DNA of 31,338 nt from Acidimicrobiia bacterium (GCA_022824605.1 JAJDZO010000028.1:1-31338), one strand, 5' to 3'. Positions 1 to 13,131 are shown, counted from the first letter of the stretch. Numbers and translations: made by a program. The notes: generated from the sequence alone by a model not told the origin.

Positions 1-161
1 CCGTCGATGAGTCTTTCGATCCCGGCTTCCACGAGGCGGTGATGCGCGAAGAGTCCACCGACGACAGCCAGGACGCCCAGATCGTGTCGGAGGTGTTGCG
101 CACCGGCTACGCCTGGAACGGCCAGGTGCTGCGACCGGCCATGGTGAAGGTGCGCGGATAA
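1..161 (+). CDS. grpE: GrpE nucleotide exchange factor, 3' end (partial)
   Basis: Frame from nt 3 reads VDESFDPGFHEAVMREE...SEVLRTGYAWNGQVLRPAMVKVRG* (FDP..HEA, GY, LRPAMV C-terminal motifs); directly upstream of dnaJ. Confidence 0.93.
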   Translation, partial: VDESFDPGFHEAVMREESTDDSQDAQIVSEVLRTGYAWNGQVLRPAMVKVRG

Positions 162-168
162 GGCGGAG

Positions 169-1275
169 GTGATTGTGGAGCCCCAGCGGGAGTGGTTCGA
201 GAAGGACTACTACAAGACCCTCGGCGTGGCTGAGGACGCCTCGGCCTCTGACATCGCCAAGGCCTATCGCAAGCTGGCCAAGAAGCTGCACCCCGACGCC
301 AACGGCGGCGACTCCGCGGTCGAGGAGCGCTTCAAGGAGGTGGCATCGGCCTACGACGTGCTCGGCGACGCCTCCAAACGCAAGTCCTACGACGAGGTGC
401 GCCGCCTCGGTCCAATGGCCGGGGCGTTCGGACCCGGCCGGGCGGGCCCCGGCGGCGGGTTCAACGTGAACTTCGATCAGATGGGCGATCTCGGAGACCT
501 CTTCGGCAACATGTTCGGCCGTCGCCGCAACACGGCCGCTCAGCGGGGCGCCGACATCGAGACCGAGGTGAAGCTCGACTTCGCCGATGCCGTGTCGGGA
601 ACCACCATCGCGGTGCCCGTCACCGGTGAGGCCCGATGCCGCAAGTGCGAGGGTCTCGGAGCCGAGCCCCCGGCCAAGCCTCGCTCGTGCGGCGCCTGTG
701 CGGGCACCGGAGTGAACGACGAGAATCAGGGGCTGTTCTCCTTCAGCCGGCCCTGCGGCGCCTGCGCCGGACGCGGCAATGTCATCGACGATCCCTGCAG
801 AGCCTGCCGAGGCCGGGGAGTGGAGAACCGGCGCCGTGAGGTGAAGGCCCGCATACCCGCCGGGGTCAAAGACGGACAGAGGATCAAGCTGTCGGGCCGG
901 GGCGCCGCCGGTCACAGCATCGGCGCCAAGCCTGGTGACCTGTACGTGAGGGTCCACGTCAAGCCGCACCGGACGTTCGGACGAGACGGCAAGAACCTCA
1001 CGCTGAGCGTGCCGGTGACATTCTCGGAGGCGGCGCTGGGTGCCCAGATCCCGGTGCCGACCCTGGACGGATCGACGGTCACCATCCGCATCCCGCCCGG
1101 CACCGAGACGGGACGGCGCCTTCGCATCCCGGCGAGCCCCGCCACCGGCGGCGCCGACCTGATCGTCGAAGTCGAAGTGGTGGTGCCCCAGAACCTGTCC
1201 GATGAGCAACGGGCAGCGCTGGAGGCCTTGGCGGCCGCCGGAGGCGAGGACCCGCGGGCTCACCTGAAGACATGA
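169..1275 (+). CDS. dnaJ: Chaperone DnaJ
   Basis: J domain with HPD (KLHPDAN), G/F region, four CxxCxGxG zinc-finger repeats; GGAG before GTG. Confidence 0.97.
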   Translation: MIVEPQREWFEKDYYKTLGVAEDASASDIAKAYRKLAKKLHPDANGGDSAVEERFKEVASAYDVLGDASKRKSYDEVRRLGPMAGAFGPGRAGPGGGFNVNFDQMGDLGDLFGNMFGRRRNTAAQRGADIETEVKLDFADAVSGTTIAVPVTGEARCRKCEGLGAEPPAKPRSCGACAGTGVNDENQGLFSFSRPCGACAGRGNVIDDPCRACRGRGVENRRREVKARIPAGVKDGQRIKLSGRGAAGHSIGAKPGDLYVRVHVKPHRTFGRDGKNLTLSVPVTFSEAALGAQIPVPTLDGSTVTIRIPPGTETGRRLRIPASPATGGADLIVEVEVVVPQNLSDEQRAALEALAAAGGEDPRAHLKT

Positions 1276-1304
1276 ACGCAACCTTTCAACGACATGGAGA
1301 ATGA
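1272..1304 (+). CDS. Putative bridging micro-ORF MNATFQRHGE (10 aa)
   Basis: ATG overlaps dnaJ TGA (ATGA 1272-1275); TGA overlaps hspR ATG (ATGA 1301-1304); translation unproven. Confidence 0.4.
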   Translation: MNATFQRHGE

Positions 1305-1731
1305 CGATGACCGATGACCGCTTCCACCGAGCCGTGTATGTGATATCGGTGGCCGCCGAGTTGGCCGGGGTCCATCCCCAGACGCTTCGCATCTACGAGC
1401 GCAAGGGCCTGCTCGCGCCGGCTCGCACCGCCGGGGGCAGCCGCCGCTACAGCGACGCCGACCTGGCGCAACTGGAGCGCATCGCCGAGCTCACCGACGA
1501 GGGTCTCAACCTTGCTGGAGTGCAGCGAGTCCTGGAACTGGAGCGAACCGTCGCCGAGTTGCGGGCCCAACTCGACGATGCCCGCCGGGCCCAGGAGCGC
1601 CGAATAGCCGAGTTGACCGCTCGGGGCTTCAACCCCGACGGCCTCGTTCCGGCTGTGCCCACCACTCGGGCGGTGACCATCTTCCGAGCGACCCGAGCAC
1701 CGGCCTCGGTGGTTGAACCGATCACGAGGCG

Positions 1732-1735
<4 letters not shown>
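1301..1735 (+). CDS. hspR: Heat-shock repressor HspR (MerR family)
   Basis: YVISVAAELAGVHPQTLRIYERKGLL..RTAGGSRRYS..GLNLAGV; located after dnaJ. Confidence 0.95.
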
Positions 1736-4230
<2,495 letters not shown>

Positions 4231-4247
4231 CCGCAGGCCGAGCCTGA

Positions 4248-5627
<1,380 letters not shown>

Positions 5628-5629
5628 CG

Positions 5630-5668
5630 GTGGGGCGCCACGTTCTCGACGATCAGAAAGCGCCCTGA
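5630..5668 (+). CDS. Putative bridging micro-ORF (M)GRHVLDDQKAP (12 aa)
   Basis: GTG 2 nt after purA TGA; TGA 4 nt before purB GTG; lies between degenerate repeats of the purA stop region. Confidence 0.3.
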   Translation: MGRHVLDDQKAP

Positions 5669-5672
5669 CGGC

Positions 5673-7103
5673 GTGGGCGTCGGGGTCACCCCGAACGTGC
5701 TGGCGAGCCGCTACGCCAGCGAACGGATGCGGGCGCTGTGGTCGGCGGAGCGCCGTGTGGTGCTGGAGCGTCGACTGTGGCTGGCGGTGCTGCAGGCTCA
5801 GCGCCGACTCGGCCTCGAGGTCGAACAGTCCGTCGTCGATGCCTACGAAGCGGTGGTGGAGGTGGTCGACCTTGAGTCGATCGCGGCTCGTGAGGCCGTC
5901 ACCCGCCACGACGTGAAGGCCCGGATCGACGAGTTCTGCGCTCTCGCGGGCCATGAGTCCATTCACTTGGGCATGACGTCTCGCGACGTCACCGAGAACA
6001 CCGAACAGCTCGTGATCCACGATTCGCTCAAGGTGATCCGCGACGACCTCGTGGCCGTGATCGCCCGGCTGGCCGACCTCGCCGAAGCCCACGCCTCGAC
6101 GGTGATGGTGGCGCGCACCCACAACGTGGCCGCGCAGGCCACGACTCTGGGGAAGCGCTTCGCGGATGCGGCCGCGGAGACGATGCTCGGACACACCCGG
6201 ATCTGCGAGCTGCTCGACCGGTACCCGCTGCGCGGCATCAAGGGGGCGGTCGGGACTCGCCTCGATCAGTTCGACCTGCTCGGCTCGCCCGAAGCAGTCG
6301 ATGAGTTGGAGCGCCTCGTCGCCGAGCATCTCGGTGTCGGCGGCGTGCTCGACGCCTCAGGGCAGATCTACCCCCGCTCGCTGGACCTCGATGTGGTGGC
6401 CGCGTTGGTGCAGGCCACGTCACCGCCGGCGTCGCTGGCGACGACACTGCGGCTCATGGCCGGCCACGGCCTCGTGTCGGAAGGGTTCCGTGAAGGCCAG
6501 GTCGGCTCGTCGGCCATGCCGCACAAGGCCAACGCCCGCTCCTCGGAGCGCATCGGCGCGCTCAGCGCCGTGCTCGACGGGCATCTCACCATGGCGGCCT
6601 CGTTGGCTGGGCGCCAGTGGAACGAAGGCGACGTGAGCTGTTCCGCCGCCCGGCGAGTGATGCTTCCCGATGCCTTCAGTGCAGCCGACGGCCTGTTCCA
6701 CACCGCGCTGGAGGTGCTCGAGGAGCTGCACGTCGACGATGACGCGTTGGCTGCCGAGTTCGAGCGTTACCGGCCGCTGCTGGCCACCAGCCGGCTGCTC
6801 AGCGCTCTGGTTCGCGCCGGTGTGGGACGCGAGACCGCCCATGCAGTGCTGGCCGAACCCACTCGCCGCGCCGCCCAGCAAGCCGGCGGCCACGAAGTAG
6901 TCGACCTCGACAAGCTGCTCGATCAGCTGTCAGCCGATGAGCGGGTGCCGCTGGACCGTGCCGACCTGGCCCGCCTGATGGCAAGCCCCGAACGCTTCGC
7001 GGGAACGGCACCAGAACAGACCGCACGCGTGGTCGCGGCGGCCCGGGGCGTGGTGGCCCGTCACCCGCGGGCGGCAGCCCAGAGAGCCGAAGTTCGACTA
7101 TGA
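5673..7103 (+). CDS. purB: Adenylosuccinate lyase
   Basis: TRHDVKA, HLGMTSRD, ARTHNVAAQ, GSSAMPHK fumarase/ASL signature; follows purA; exact start uncertain. Confidence 0.94.
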   Translation: MGVGVTPNVLASRYASERMRALWSAERRVVLERRLWLAVLQAQRRLGLEVEQSVVDAYEAVVEVVDLESIAAREAVTRHDVKARIDEFCALAGHESIHLGMTSRDVTENTEQLVIHDSLKVIRDDLVAVIARLADLAEAHASTVMVARTHNVAAQATTLGKRFADAAAETMLGHTRICELLDRYPLRGIKGAVGTRLDQFDLLGSPEAVDELERLVAEHLGVGGVLDASGQIYPRSLDLDVVAALVQATSPPASLATTLRLMAGHGLVSEGFREGQVGSSAMPHKANARSSERIGALSAVLDGHLTMAASLAGRQWNEGDVSCSAARRVMLPDAFSAADGLFHTALEVLEELHVDDDALAAEFERYRPLLATSRLLSALVRAGVGRETAHAVLAEPTRRAAQQAGGHEVVDLDKLLDQLSADERVPLDRADLARLMASPERFAGTAPEQTARVVAAARGVVARHPRAAAQRAEVRL

Positions 7104-7116
7104 AGCTGTAGACGGT

Positions 7117-7153
7117 CGGTGGTCTTGTCGCCTTATCGGTGACAGGACCACCG
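7117..7153. terminator. Hairpin between convergent genes, probable bidirectional terminator
   Basis: 16-bp stem CGGTGGTCTTGTCGCC / GGTGACAGGACCACCG (two G-U pairs), 5-nt loop; no U-tract. Confidence 0.6.
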
Positions 7154-7168
7154 CCAAAACACAGGTTG

Positions 7169-7570
7169 TCAGCCGCCGCCGCGGGAGATGCCGGCGCGTT
7201 TCAGAGCCGCAGCAGGAACGCCCACCTCTCGCCATGCCGCGTATGTGATTCCCTTTCGGCCGCTGTAGGACACCGCAACGTCCACGAAAGCGTCTTCAAG
7301 CGCACTCATGTCGACTGTTTCCGCGGGCGTGCTGAGGGCACGCTCAAGGTCGATGCGTTCTTGGACCAGCTGGACCCGTCGTATCGGTGTGGCCGACTCC
7401 AGAGCTTCGCCGATTGCTTCCATCCGCTTCTGGATGGACTCGGCAGTGCGCCTGCGGCCCGGGCGTGGACGATTGGATTCCAAACCATCGAGATACGCGG
7501 CCACCGCGCGGTTCTCGTCACGGGCCTTGGCATTTGCAGCCTTATGCTCATCTGTCATTTGACGTACCAC
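7169..7570 (-). CDS. Small basic, helical hypothetical protein
   Basis: Probable start GTG 7570 or ATG 7558 after AAAGGA; MTDEHKAANAKARDENRAVAAYLDGLESNRPRPGRRRTAESIQKR...SYSGRKGITYAAWREVGVPAAALKRAGI; the longer 7702 start looks like non-coding extension. Confidence 0.75.
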   Translation of the reverse strand: MVRQMTDEHKAANAKARDENRAVAAYLDGLESNRPRPGRRRTAESIQKRMEAIGEALESATPIRRVQLVQERIDLERALSTPAETVDMSALEDAFVDVAVSYSGRKGITYAAWREVGVPAAALKRAGISRGGG

Positions 7571-7714
7571 TACTCCGCTTCCTTTCAACGGTTCAAGGTT
7601 CGACGGCGAACGATAGTGACGCTGAGCGTCAGTCACAACAACAGAATCGATCAAGATCGATGCCGTGTGATTCACCGATAAAATCCCGGCGATGTCCGGC
7701 ATCCGTCGCCTGAG

Positions 7715-7725
7715 TTGTCAGACAA
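7715..7725. promoter_or_regulatory. Palindrome TTGTC-A-GACAA, possible GntR/FadR-type operator
   Basis: Perfect inverted repeat in a lower-GC divergent intergenic region, 53 bp upstream of the malic enzyme ORF. Confidence 0.35.
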
Positions 7726-7778
7726 TAGAGGGCGTCGCCGCTCGAATGAGTGTTCACTGAATTTGAGAGGTAGTTGAC

Positions 7779-9203
7779 TTGGGAACACCGACTCCGGCCT
7801 ACTCCATCACGATCAAGGTGTCGCTGGGCAACCGTCCCGGAACACTGGGCCGTTTCGCCACCGCTATCGGTGACGCGGGAGGCAACATCGCCGCGATCCC
7901 CGGCTTCGAGGCCAAGGGTCCGGTCATCATGCGCGAGATCGACGTGCTCGCCGAGTCTGTCGACCACGCCCGTCACATAGTTGCCGCTGTCAGCGACCTC
8001 GACGGCGTCACCGTGCTCGACTGGTGGGACCGCACGTTCCGGCTTCATGAGGGCGGAAAGATTGAGGTCAACGCCCTGTGCTCGGTCGGTGACGCCCACG
8101 ATCTGGCCATGGCGTACACGCCCGGGGTGGCTCGCGTGTGCAACGCGATCCATCGGGAGCCGATGCTGCGGCACACCCACACGATGGTCAAGAACATCGT
8201 GGCCATAGTCACCGACGGCACGGCCGTTCTCGGGCTCGGAGACATCGGTCCGGCCGCCGCCCTGCCCGTCATGGAAGGCAAGGCCCTGCTGTTCAAGGAG
8301 TTCGGAGGGGTCGACGCTTTCCCGGTCTGCCTCGACGTGGCCACTCCCGACGAACTGGTCGAGACCGTCGTGCGGATGTCGCCGTCGTTCGGTGGCATCA
8401 ACCTCGAGGACATAGCTGCGCCCGCGGCTTTCGAGATCGAAGAGAGGCTCATCGAGGCGCTCGACATTCCGGTCTTTCACGACGACCAGCACGGCACGGC
8501 CATCGTCACCACGGCTGCACTCTGGAATGCTCTCAAGATCGTCGACAAACGGATCGATGACATCTCGGTTGTCGTTTCGGGCACCGGCGCGGCCGGTCTG
8601 GCGGTGGCAAAGATGCTTCACGCCGCGGGTGTAGCGGAGATTGTCGGCGTTGACCGAGTCGGTGCCATCCATGCCGGTCGAGATGATCTGAACTCTGCCA
8701 AGCAGTGGTTCGTTCACAACGCCAACGCAGGAGGCAAGACTGGATCGCTCTCAGAAGTGATGAGCGGCGCGGATGCATTCGTCGGCCTTTCGGCGCCTGG
8801 ACTGCTGAGCGCCGATGATGTGCGGTCCATGGCCCGTGACCCGATCGTGTTTGCAATGGCCAACCCCGATCCGGAGATACGTCCCGAGGAGGTCGACGGC
8901 CTCGCGGCGGTAATGGCCACCGGAAGGTCCGACTTTCCCAACCAGATCAACAACGTCTTGGCCTTCCCAGGCGTGTTCCGCGGGGCGCTCGATGCCGGTG
9001 CGACCTGCATTACTGAACGGATGAAGGCCGTGGCCGCGGAAGCCATCGCCGAAGTGATCGACGACGAGGATCTCGATCCCAGCTACATCGTGCCATCGGT
9101 GTTCGACAGAAGGGTCGCCTCCCGGGTGGCGAGCGCGGTGGCGGCCTGCGCCGTCGCTGAGGGCTGCGTGCGTCCCGACGCCCCGCCGATCCGCTCCGAC
9201 TGA
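7779..9203 (+). CDS. NAD(P)-dependent malic enzyme with N-terminal ACT domain
   Basis: ACT-like N-terminus (NRPGTLGRF); AYTPGVA, VTDGTAVLGLGDIG, NLEDI, FHDDQHGT, GTGAAG, GRSDFPNQINN. Confidence 0.93.
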   Translation: MGTPTPAYSITIKVSLGNRPGTLGRFATAIGDAGGNIAAIPGFEAKGPVIMREIDVLAESVDHARHIVAAVSDLDGVTVLDWWDRTFRLHEGGKIEVNALCSVGDAHDLAMAYTPGVARVCNAIHREPMLRHTHTMVKNIVAIVTDGTAVLGLGDIGPAAALPVMEGKALLFKEFGGVDAFPVCLDVATPDELVETVVRMSPSFGGINLEDIAAPAAFEIEERLIEALDIPVFHDDQHGTAIVTTAALWNALKIVDKRIDDISVVVSGTGAAGLAVAKMLHAAGVAEIVGVDRVGAIHAGRDDLNSAKQWFVHNANAGGKTGSLSEVMSGADAFVGLSAPGLLSADDVRSMARDPIVFAMANPDPEIRPEEVDGLAAVMATGRSDFPNQINNVLAFPGVFRGALDAGATCITERMKAVAAEAIAEVIDDEDLDPSYIVPSVFDRRVASRVASAVAACAVAEGCVRPDAPPIRSD

Positions 9204-9253
9204 TCCCGACGCGCCTTGCGACCCGGTCTCAGGCGGCGTCGAGTTCGGCTGCG

Positions 9254-11107
9254 CTACTGCTGAAGCCGGTCGACGTCGCGCACTGCACCCTTGTCGGCCG
9301 AGGTGGCCATGGCGGCATAGGCCCGCAACGCGGCTGACACCTGGCGGCGGCGGGTCCGTGGCCGCCAGCCGCCGGCGCGCCCGTCCTCGTCGGCCCGGCG
9401 CTGCTCGAGTTCGGCCTCGTCCACCCTCAGATTCACCGTGCGTGCACCGATGTCGATGTCGATCATGTCGCCCTCGCGGATCAGCGCGATCGCGCCGCCT
9501 TCGGCTGCCTCGGGCGACGCGTGGCCGATCGACAGGCCCGACGTCCCGCCCGAGAACCGGCCGTCGGTGAACAACGCGCAATCCTTTCCCAGCCCGCGGG
9601 ACTTGATGTACGAGGTGGGATAGAGCATCTCCTGCATGCCGGGACCGCCTCGGGGACCCTCGTACCGCACGATCACCACATCGCCGGGCTGAATCCCGTG
9701 CTCCTCGTCGAGGATCCCGTCGCAGGCCTCCTCCTGGCTCTCGAACACCCTGGCCGGTCCCGAGAACACCAGAATCGACTCGTCGACGCCGGCGGTCTTG
9801 AGAATGCAGCCGTCAATGGCGATGTTGCCGTAGAGCACGGCCAATCCACCGTCGGCGTTGTACGGGTTGGCCACCGAGCGGATGCAGCCGCCGTCACGGT
9901 CAACGTCGAGCGTCGGCCAGCGGGTGGACTGGCTGAACGCTTCCTGCGTGGGGATGCCGGCCGGTCCGGCTCGGAAGAACTCGACGACATCGCTGGAGGG
10001 ATCGCGCATCACATCCCACACTTCGAGAGCGTCAGCCAGAGTGTCGGAGTGGATCGTGGGCACCGACGTGTCGAGCAGGCCGCCCCGGTCGAGTTCGCCG
10101 AGGATGCCCATGATCCCCCCAGCCCGGTGCACATCCTCGACGTGGTACTCCGCGGTGGACGGTGCCACCTTGCAGATATTGGGGGTGCTGCGGCTGAGCC
10201 GGTCGATGTCGGCCATCGTGAAGTCCACCTCGCCCTCCCGGGCAGCCGCCAGGATGTGCAGCACGGTGTTGGTGGAACCGCCCATGGCGATGTCGAGGCG
10301 CATGGCGTTCTCGAAGGCGGTCTTGGAGGCGATCGAGCGCGGCAGGACCGAATCGTCGTCCTTCTCGTAGCAGCGCCGGGCCAGGTCGACCACCCGACGG
10401 CCCGCCTCGCAGAACAGCTCCCGACGGTCCGAATGGGTGGCCAGCACCGTGCCGTTGCCCGGAAGCGACAGACCGAGCGCCTCGGTGAGGCAGTTCATGG
10501 AGTTGGCGGTGAACATGCCCGAACACGATCCGCAGGTGGGACAGGCCGAGCGCTCCATCTCCAACAGATCCTCGTCGCTCACCGACGAGTCCCCCGCGGA
10601 GATCATCGGGTTGATCAGGTCCAGCTTGACGCTGACCCCGGCCAGTTTCGTCTTGCCTGCCTCCATCGGCCCGCCCGACACGAACACGGTCGGAACATTG
10701 AGCCGCATGGCGGCGATCAGCATCCCCGGCGTGATCTTGTCGCAGTTCGAGATGCACACCAGCGCGTCGGCGCAATGCGCGTTCACCATGTACTCCACCG
10801 AGTCGGCGATCAGATCCCGGCTGGGAAGGCTGTAGAGCATCCCGTCGTGGCCCATGGCAATGCCGTCGTCCACCGCGATCGTGTTGAACTCCTTGGCCAC
10901 ACCGCCCGCAGCCGCGATCTCCTCGGCTACCAGCTTGCCAAGATTGCGTAGATGGACGTGGCCGGGGACGAACTGCGTGAAGGAGTTGGCGATCGCGACT
11001 ATCGGCTTGTCGAAGTCGTCGTCGGTCATGCCGGTGGCTCGCCACAGGGCTCTTGCTCCGGCCATGTTGCGGCCTTGGGTGGTGGTGTGCGATCTGAGGT
11101 TCGCCAT
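9254..11107 (-). CDS. ilvD: Dihydroxy-acid dehydratase
   Basis: [64 protein letters not shown]. Confidence 0.98.
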   Translation of the reverse strand: MANLRSHTTTQGRNMAGARALWRATGMTDDDFDKPIVAIANSFTQFVPGHVHLRNLGKLVAEEIAAAGGVAKEFNTIAVDDGIAMGHDGMLYSLPSRDLIADSVEYMVNAHCADALVCISNCDKITPGMLIAAMRLNVPTVFVSGGPMEAGKTKLAGVSVKLDLINPMISAGDSSVSDEDLLEMERSACPTCGSCSGMFTANSMNCLTEALGLSLPGNGTVLATHSDRRELFCEAGRRVVDLARRCYEKDDDSVLPRSIASKTAFENAMRLDIAMGGSTNTVLHILAAAREGEVDFTMADIDRLSRSTPNICKVAPSTAEYHVEDVHRAGGIMGILGELDRGGLLDTSVPTIHSDTLADALEVWDVMRDPSSDVVEFFRAGPAGIPTQEAFSQSTRWPTLDVDRDGGCIRSVANPYNADGGLAVLYGNIAIDGCILKTAGVDESILVFSGPARVFESQEEACDGILDEEHGIQPGDVVIVRYEGPRGGPGMQEMLYPTSYIKSRGLGKDCALFTDGRFSGGTSGLSIGHASPEAAEGGAIALIREGDMIDIDIGARTVNLRVDEAELEQRRADEDGRAGGWRPRTRRRQVSAALRAYAAMATSADKGAVRDVDRLQQ

Positions 11108-11140
11108 GGATCAACCCTACCGCTCCCGTGTCGGCTCGTT

Positions 11141-11443
11141 CCCGCTGGTGCTTTGTCCCGGTGGGTGCTCTGTCCTGGTGGGTGCTTTGTCCCGGTGGGC
11201 GCTGCGGGTGTCCGCTTGCTCGCACGGGCTTCGCCCTATTTGCTCGCAAGTCGTACCCCCGCATCGCCCGCCTGGGGGGTCGCCCGCCCCGGCGGGTGCT
11301 TTGTCCCGCTGGTGCTTTGTCCCGGTGGGCGCTGCGGGTGTCCGCTTGCTCGCACGGGCTTCGCCCTATTTGCTCGCAAGTCGTACCCCCGTATCGCCCG
11401 CCTGGGGGGTTGCTCCGCGTAGGGGGTTGCTCCGCCTGGGGGG
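11141..11443. repeat. Composite array: 16-17-bp units (GGTGCTTTGTCCCGGTG) plus two copies of a ~83-87-bp element
   Basis: Short units at 11147, 11164, 11181, 11295, 11311; long element at 11198-11284 and 11328-11410; 11181-11280 equals 11311-11410 with one mismatch; G-run tail to 11443. Confidence 0.95.
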
Positions 11444-11472
11444 TCACGCTGCCGCTGGCGAGGGGTTTCCCT

Positions 11473-12840
11473 CTAATGCTGGGTTGGGGTTTTCTTGGTG
11501 GGGGTGAAGTCTGCTGGTAGGTGCTTTATTCCGTGGATGAAGGCTGAGGCTAGGAGTTCGGGGTCGCCGGTGGCTTGGATGTCGGGGATGCGGGTGAAGA
11601 GTTCTTGGAACATCACTTTGATCTGGCGGCGGGCTAGGTGGGCGCCTAGGCAGTAGTGGGGGCCGGGGCCGCCGAAGCCGATGTGGGGGTTCGGGTCGCG
11701 GCGCACGTCGAAGGTCAGCGGATCGTCGAACACCGACTCGTCGCGGTTGGCGCACAGGTAGTTCATCGTCACCATGTCGCCCTCTTGGATCGGCTGGCCC
11801 TCCAGCACGGTGTCGCATTGGGCGGTTCGGCGCATGTATACGACCGGGCTCGCGATGCGCACGATCTCCTCTACCGCGCTGGTGCCCACGGTTTCGAAGT
11901 CGTCGGTCCAGATGCGGCGCTGGTCGGGATGGTCGGTGAGGTACACCAGCCCCCAGCTGATCGAGTTGCGGGTGGTCTCGTTGCCGGCCACCACCAGCAG
12001 GATGAAGAAGCTGGCCAGCTCGGCCCGGGTCAGCCGCTCGCCGTCGACTTCCGCGTTGACGAGGATGCTGGTCAGGTCCTCGGACTCCACGCCGACCTTG
12101 GACTCGGCCACATCGTCCATGAGCTGGGTCAGGGCCTCGCCGGCGGTGAGGATGGCGGTGATCAGGTCGCCGAAGGCAGGCACATACTCCTCGTCGGCTG
12201 CGCCGAGGATGGTGTTCGACTGGTCGAACACGAAATCGTGGTACGACCCCGGGATTCCCATCAGGTCGCAGACGATGCGCAGCGGGAGGCGGGCGGCCAC
12301 GTCGGTCACGAAGTCGCATTCGCCCCGCTCGCAGACCTCGTCCATGATCATCGCGGCCTGGTCGCGGATCGAGTCCTCGAGCCGGGCCAGCATCCGAGGG
12401 GTGAAACCCGCCGACACCAGCCGTCGCAGCCGGGCGTGGCGGGGGTCGTCCATGGCGATGATCGAGTTGAAGTACTCGTTGAACTCGGGCGGGAAGTCGT
12501 TGATGGTGACTCCCCGGGCCGACGAGTAGATCTCAGGCTTGCGAGACACCTCCAGAATGGGCGCGTGACGGGTGATGACCCAGGCGCCCGGCGTCTGAAT
12601 GCTCGACAACTCGCCCGACAACTGGAAGCCGGGAAAGAACGTGAGCGGCTCCGAGCGCAGCCGTGTCAGATCCTCTTCGATGACGCTTCGGTGGCGTCTC
12701 CAGAAGACGTTGTGGATCGGGTTGTGCGGATCCGGCTCGGTGGCAGGAGCCGGCCTGGCGGTCGCTTCCGGCGGGCGCTGCGGGTGTCCGCTTGCTCGCA
12801 CGGGCTTCGCCCTATTCGCTCGCAAGTCGTACCCCTGCAT
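11473..12840 (-). CDS. Cytochrome P450, CYP124/CYP125-like
   Basis: ITIND-like segment and EYF..IIAMDDPRHARLR, AGNETT, EEIVR, FGGPGPHYCLG heme Cys; only in-frame starts (ATG 12840, GTG 12879) lie inside the repeats. Confidence 0.9.
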   Translation of the reverse strand: MQGYDLRANRAKPVRASGHPQRPPEATARPAPATEPDPHNPIHNVFWRRHRSVIEEDLTRLRSEPLTFFPGFQLSGELSSIQTPGAWVITRHAPILEVSRKPEIYSSARGVTINDFPPEFNEYFNSIIAMDDPRHARLRRLVSAGFTPRMLARLEDSIRDQAAMIMDEVCERGECDFVTDVAARLPLRIVCDLMGIPGSYHDFVFDQSNTILGAADEEYVPAFGDLITAILTAGEALTQLMDDVAESKVGVESEDLTSILVNAEVDGERLTRAELASFFILLVVAGNETTRNSISWGLVYLTDHPDQRRIWTDDFETVGTSAVEEIVRIASPVVYMRRTAQCDTVLEGQPIQEGDMVTMNYLCANRDESVFDDPLTFDVRRDPNPHIGFGGPGPHYCLGAHLARRQIKVMFQELFTRIPDIQATGDPELLASAFIHGIKHLPADFTPTKKTPTQH

Positions 12841-12930
12841 CGACCGCCTGGGGGGTCGCCGTTGTTCGCTGGGTTGCACGGGCGTTGCCCTGTCTCGCTC
12901 GCAAGTCGAATTCCCGCATCGCCCGCCTGG
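12774..12930. repeat. Third copy (12774-12860) and degenerate fourth copy (12876-12930) of the 87-bp element
   Basis: Same orientation as 11198-11284 with few substitutions. Confidence 0.95.
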
Positions 12931-12948
12931 CCTGTGGCGTTGTCAGAG

Positions 12949-13024
12949 TGGTGGTCGGGCGCGGCGTCGATCCGCGGACCTTCCGCTTTTCAGGCGGACG
13001 CTCTGCCAACTGAGCTACCCGACC
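12949..13024 (-). tRNA. tRNA-Phe(GAA)
   Basis: Reverse complement GGTCGGGTAGCTCAGTTGGCAGAGCGTCCGCCTGAAAAGCGGAAGG...CCCGACCACCA; CCA encoded. Confidence 0.96.
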
Positions 13025-13056
13025 GGGGTAGTCGCCGGCCCCGGAGGGCGACAACG

Positions 13057-13131
13057 CGGTCCTGACGGGATTTGAACCCGCGGCCTCCACCTTGACAGGG
13101 TGGCGATCACTCCAGACTGATCTACAGGACC
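13057..13131 (-). tRNA. tRNA-Asp(GTC)
   Basis: GGTCCTG acceptor stem, anticodon loop CTGTCAA, T-loop TTCAAAT; CCA not encoded. Confidence 0.96.

Noticed and set aside
11141-11443. CRISPR array
   Set aside because: Intervening segments are themselves repeated, unit lengths are irregular, there are no unique spacers and no cas genes
11110-13024. tRNA-anchored integrative element or prophage
   Set aside because: No integrase and no duplicated tRNA-Phe 3' end (att site) on the ilvD side
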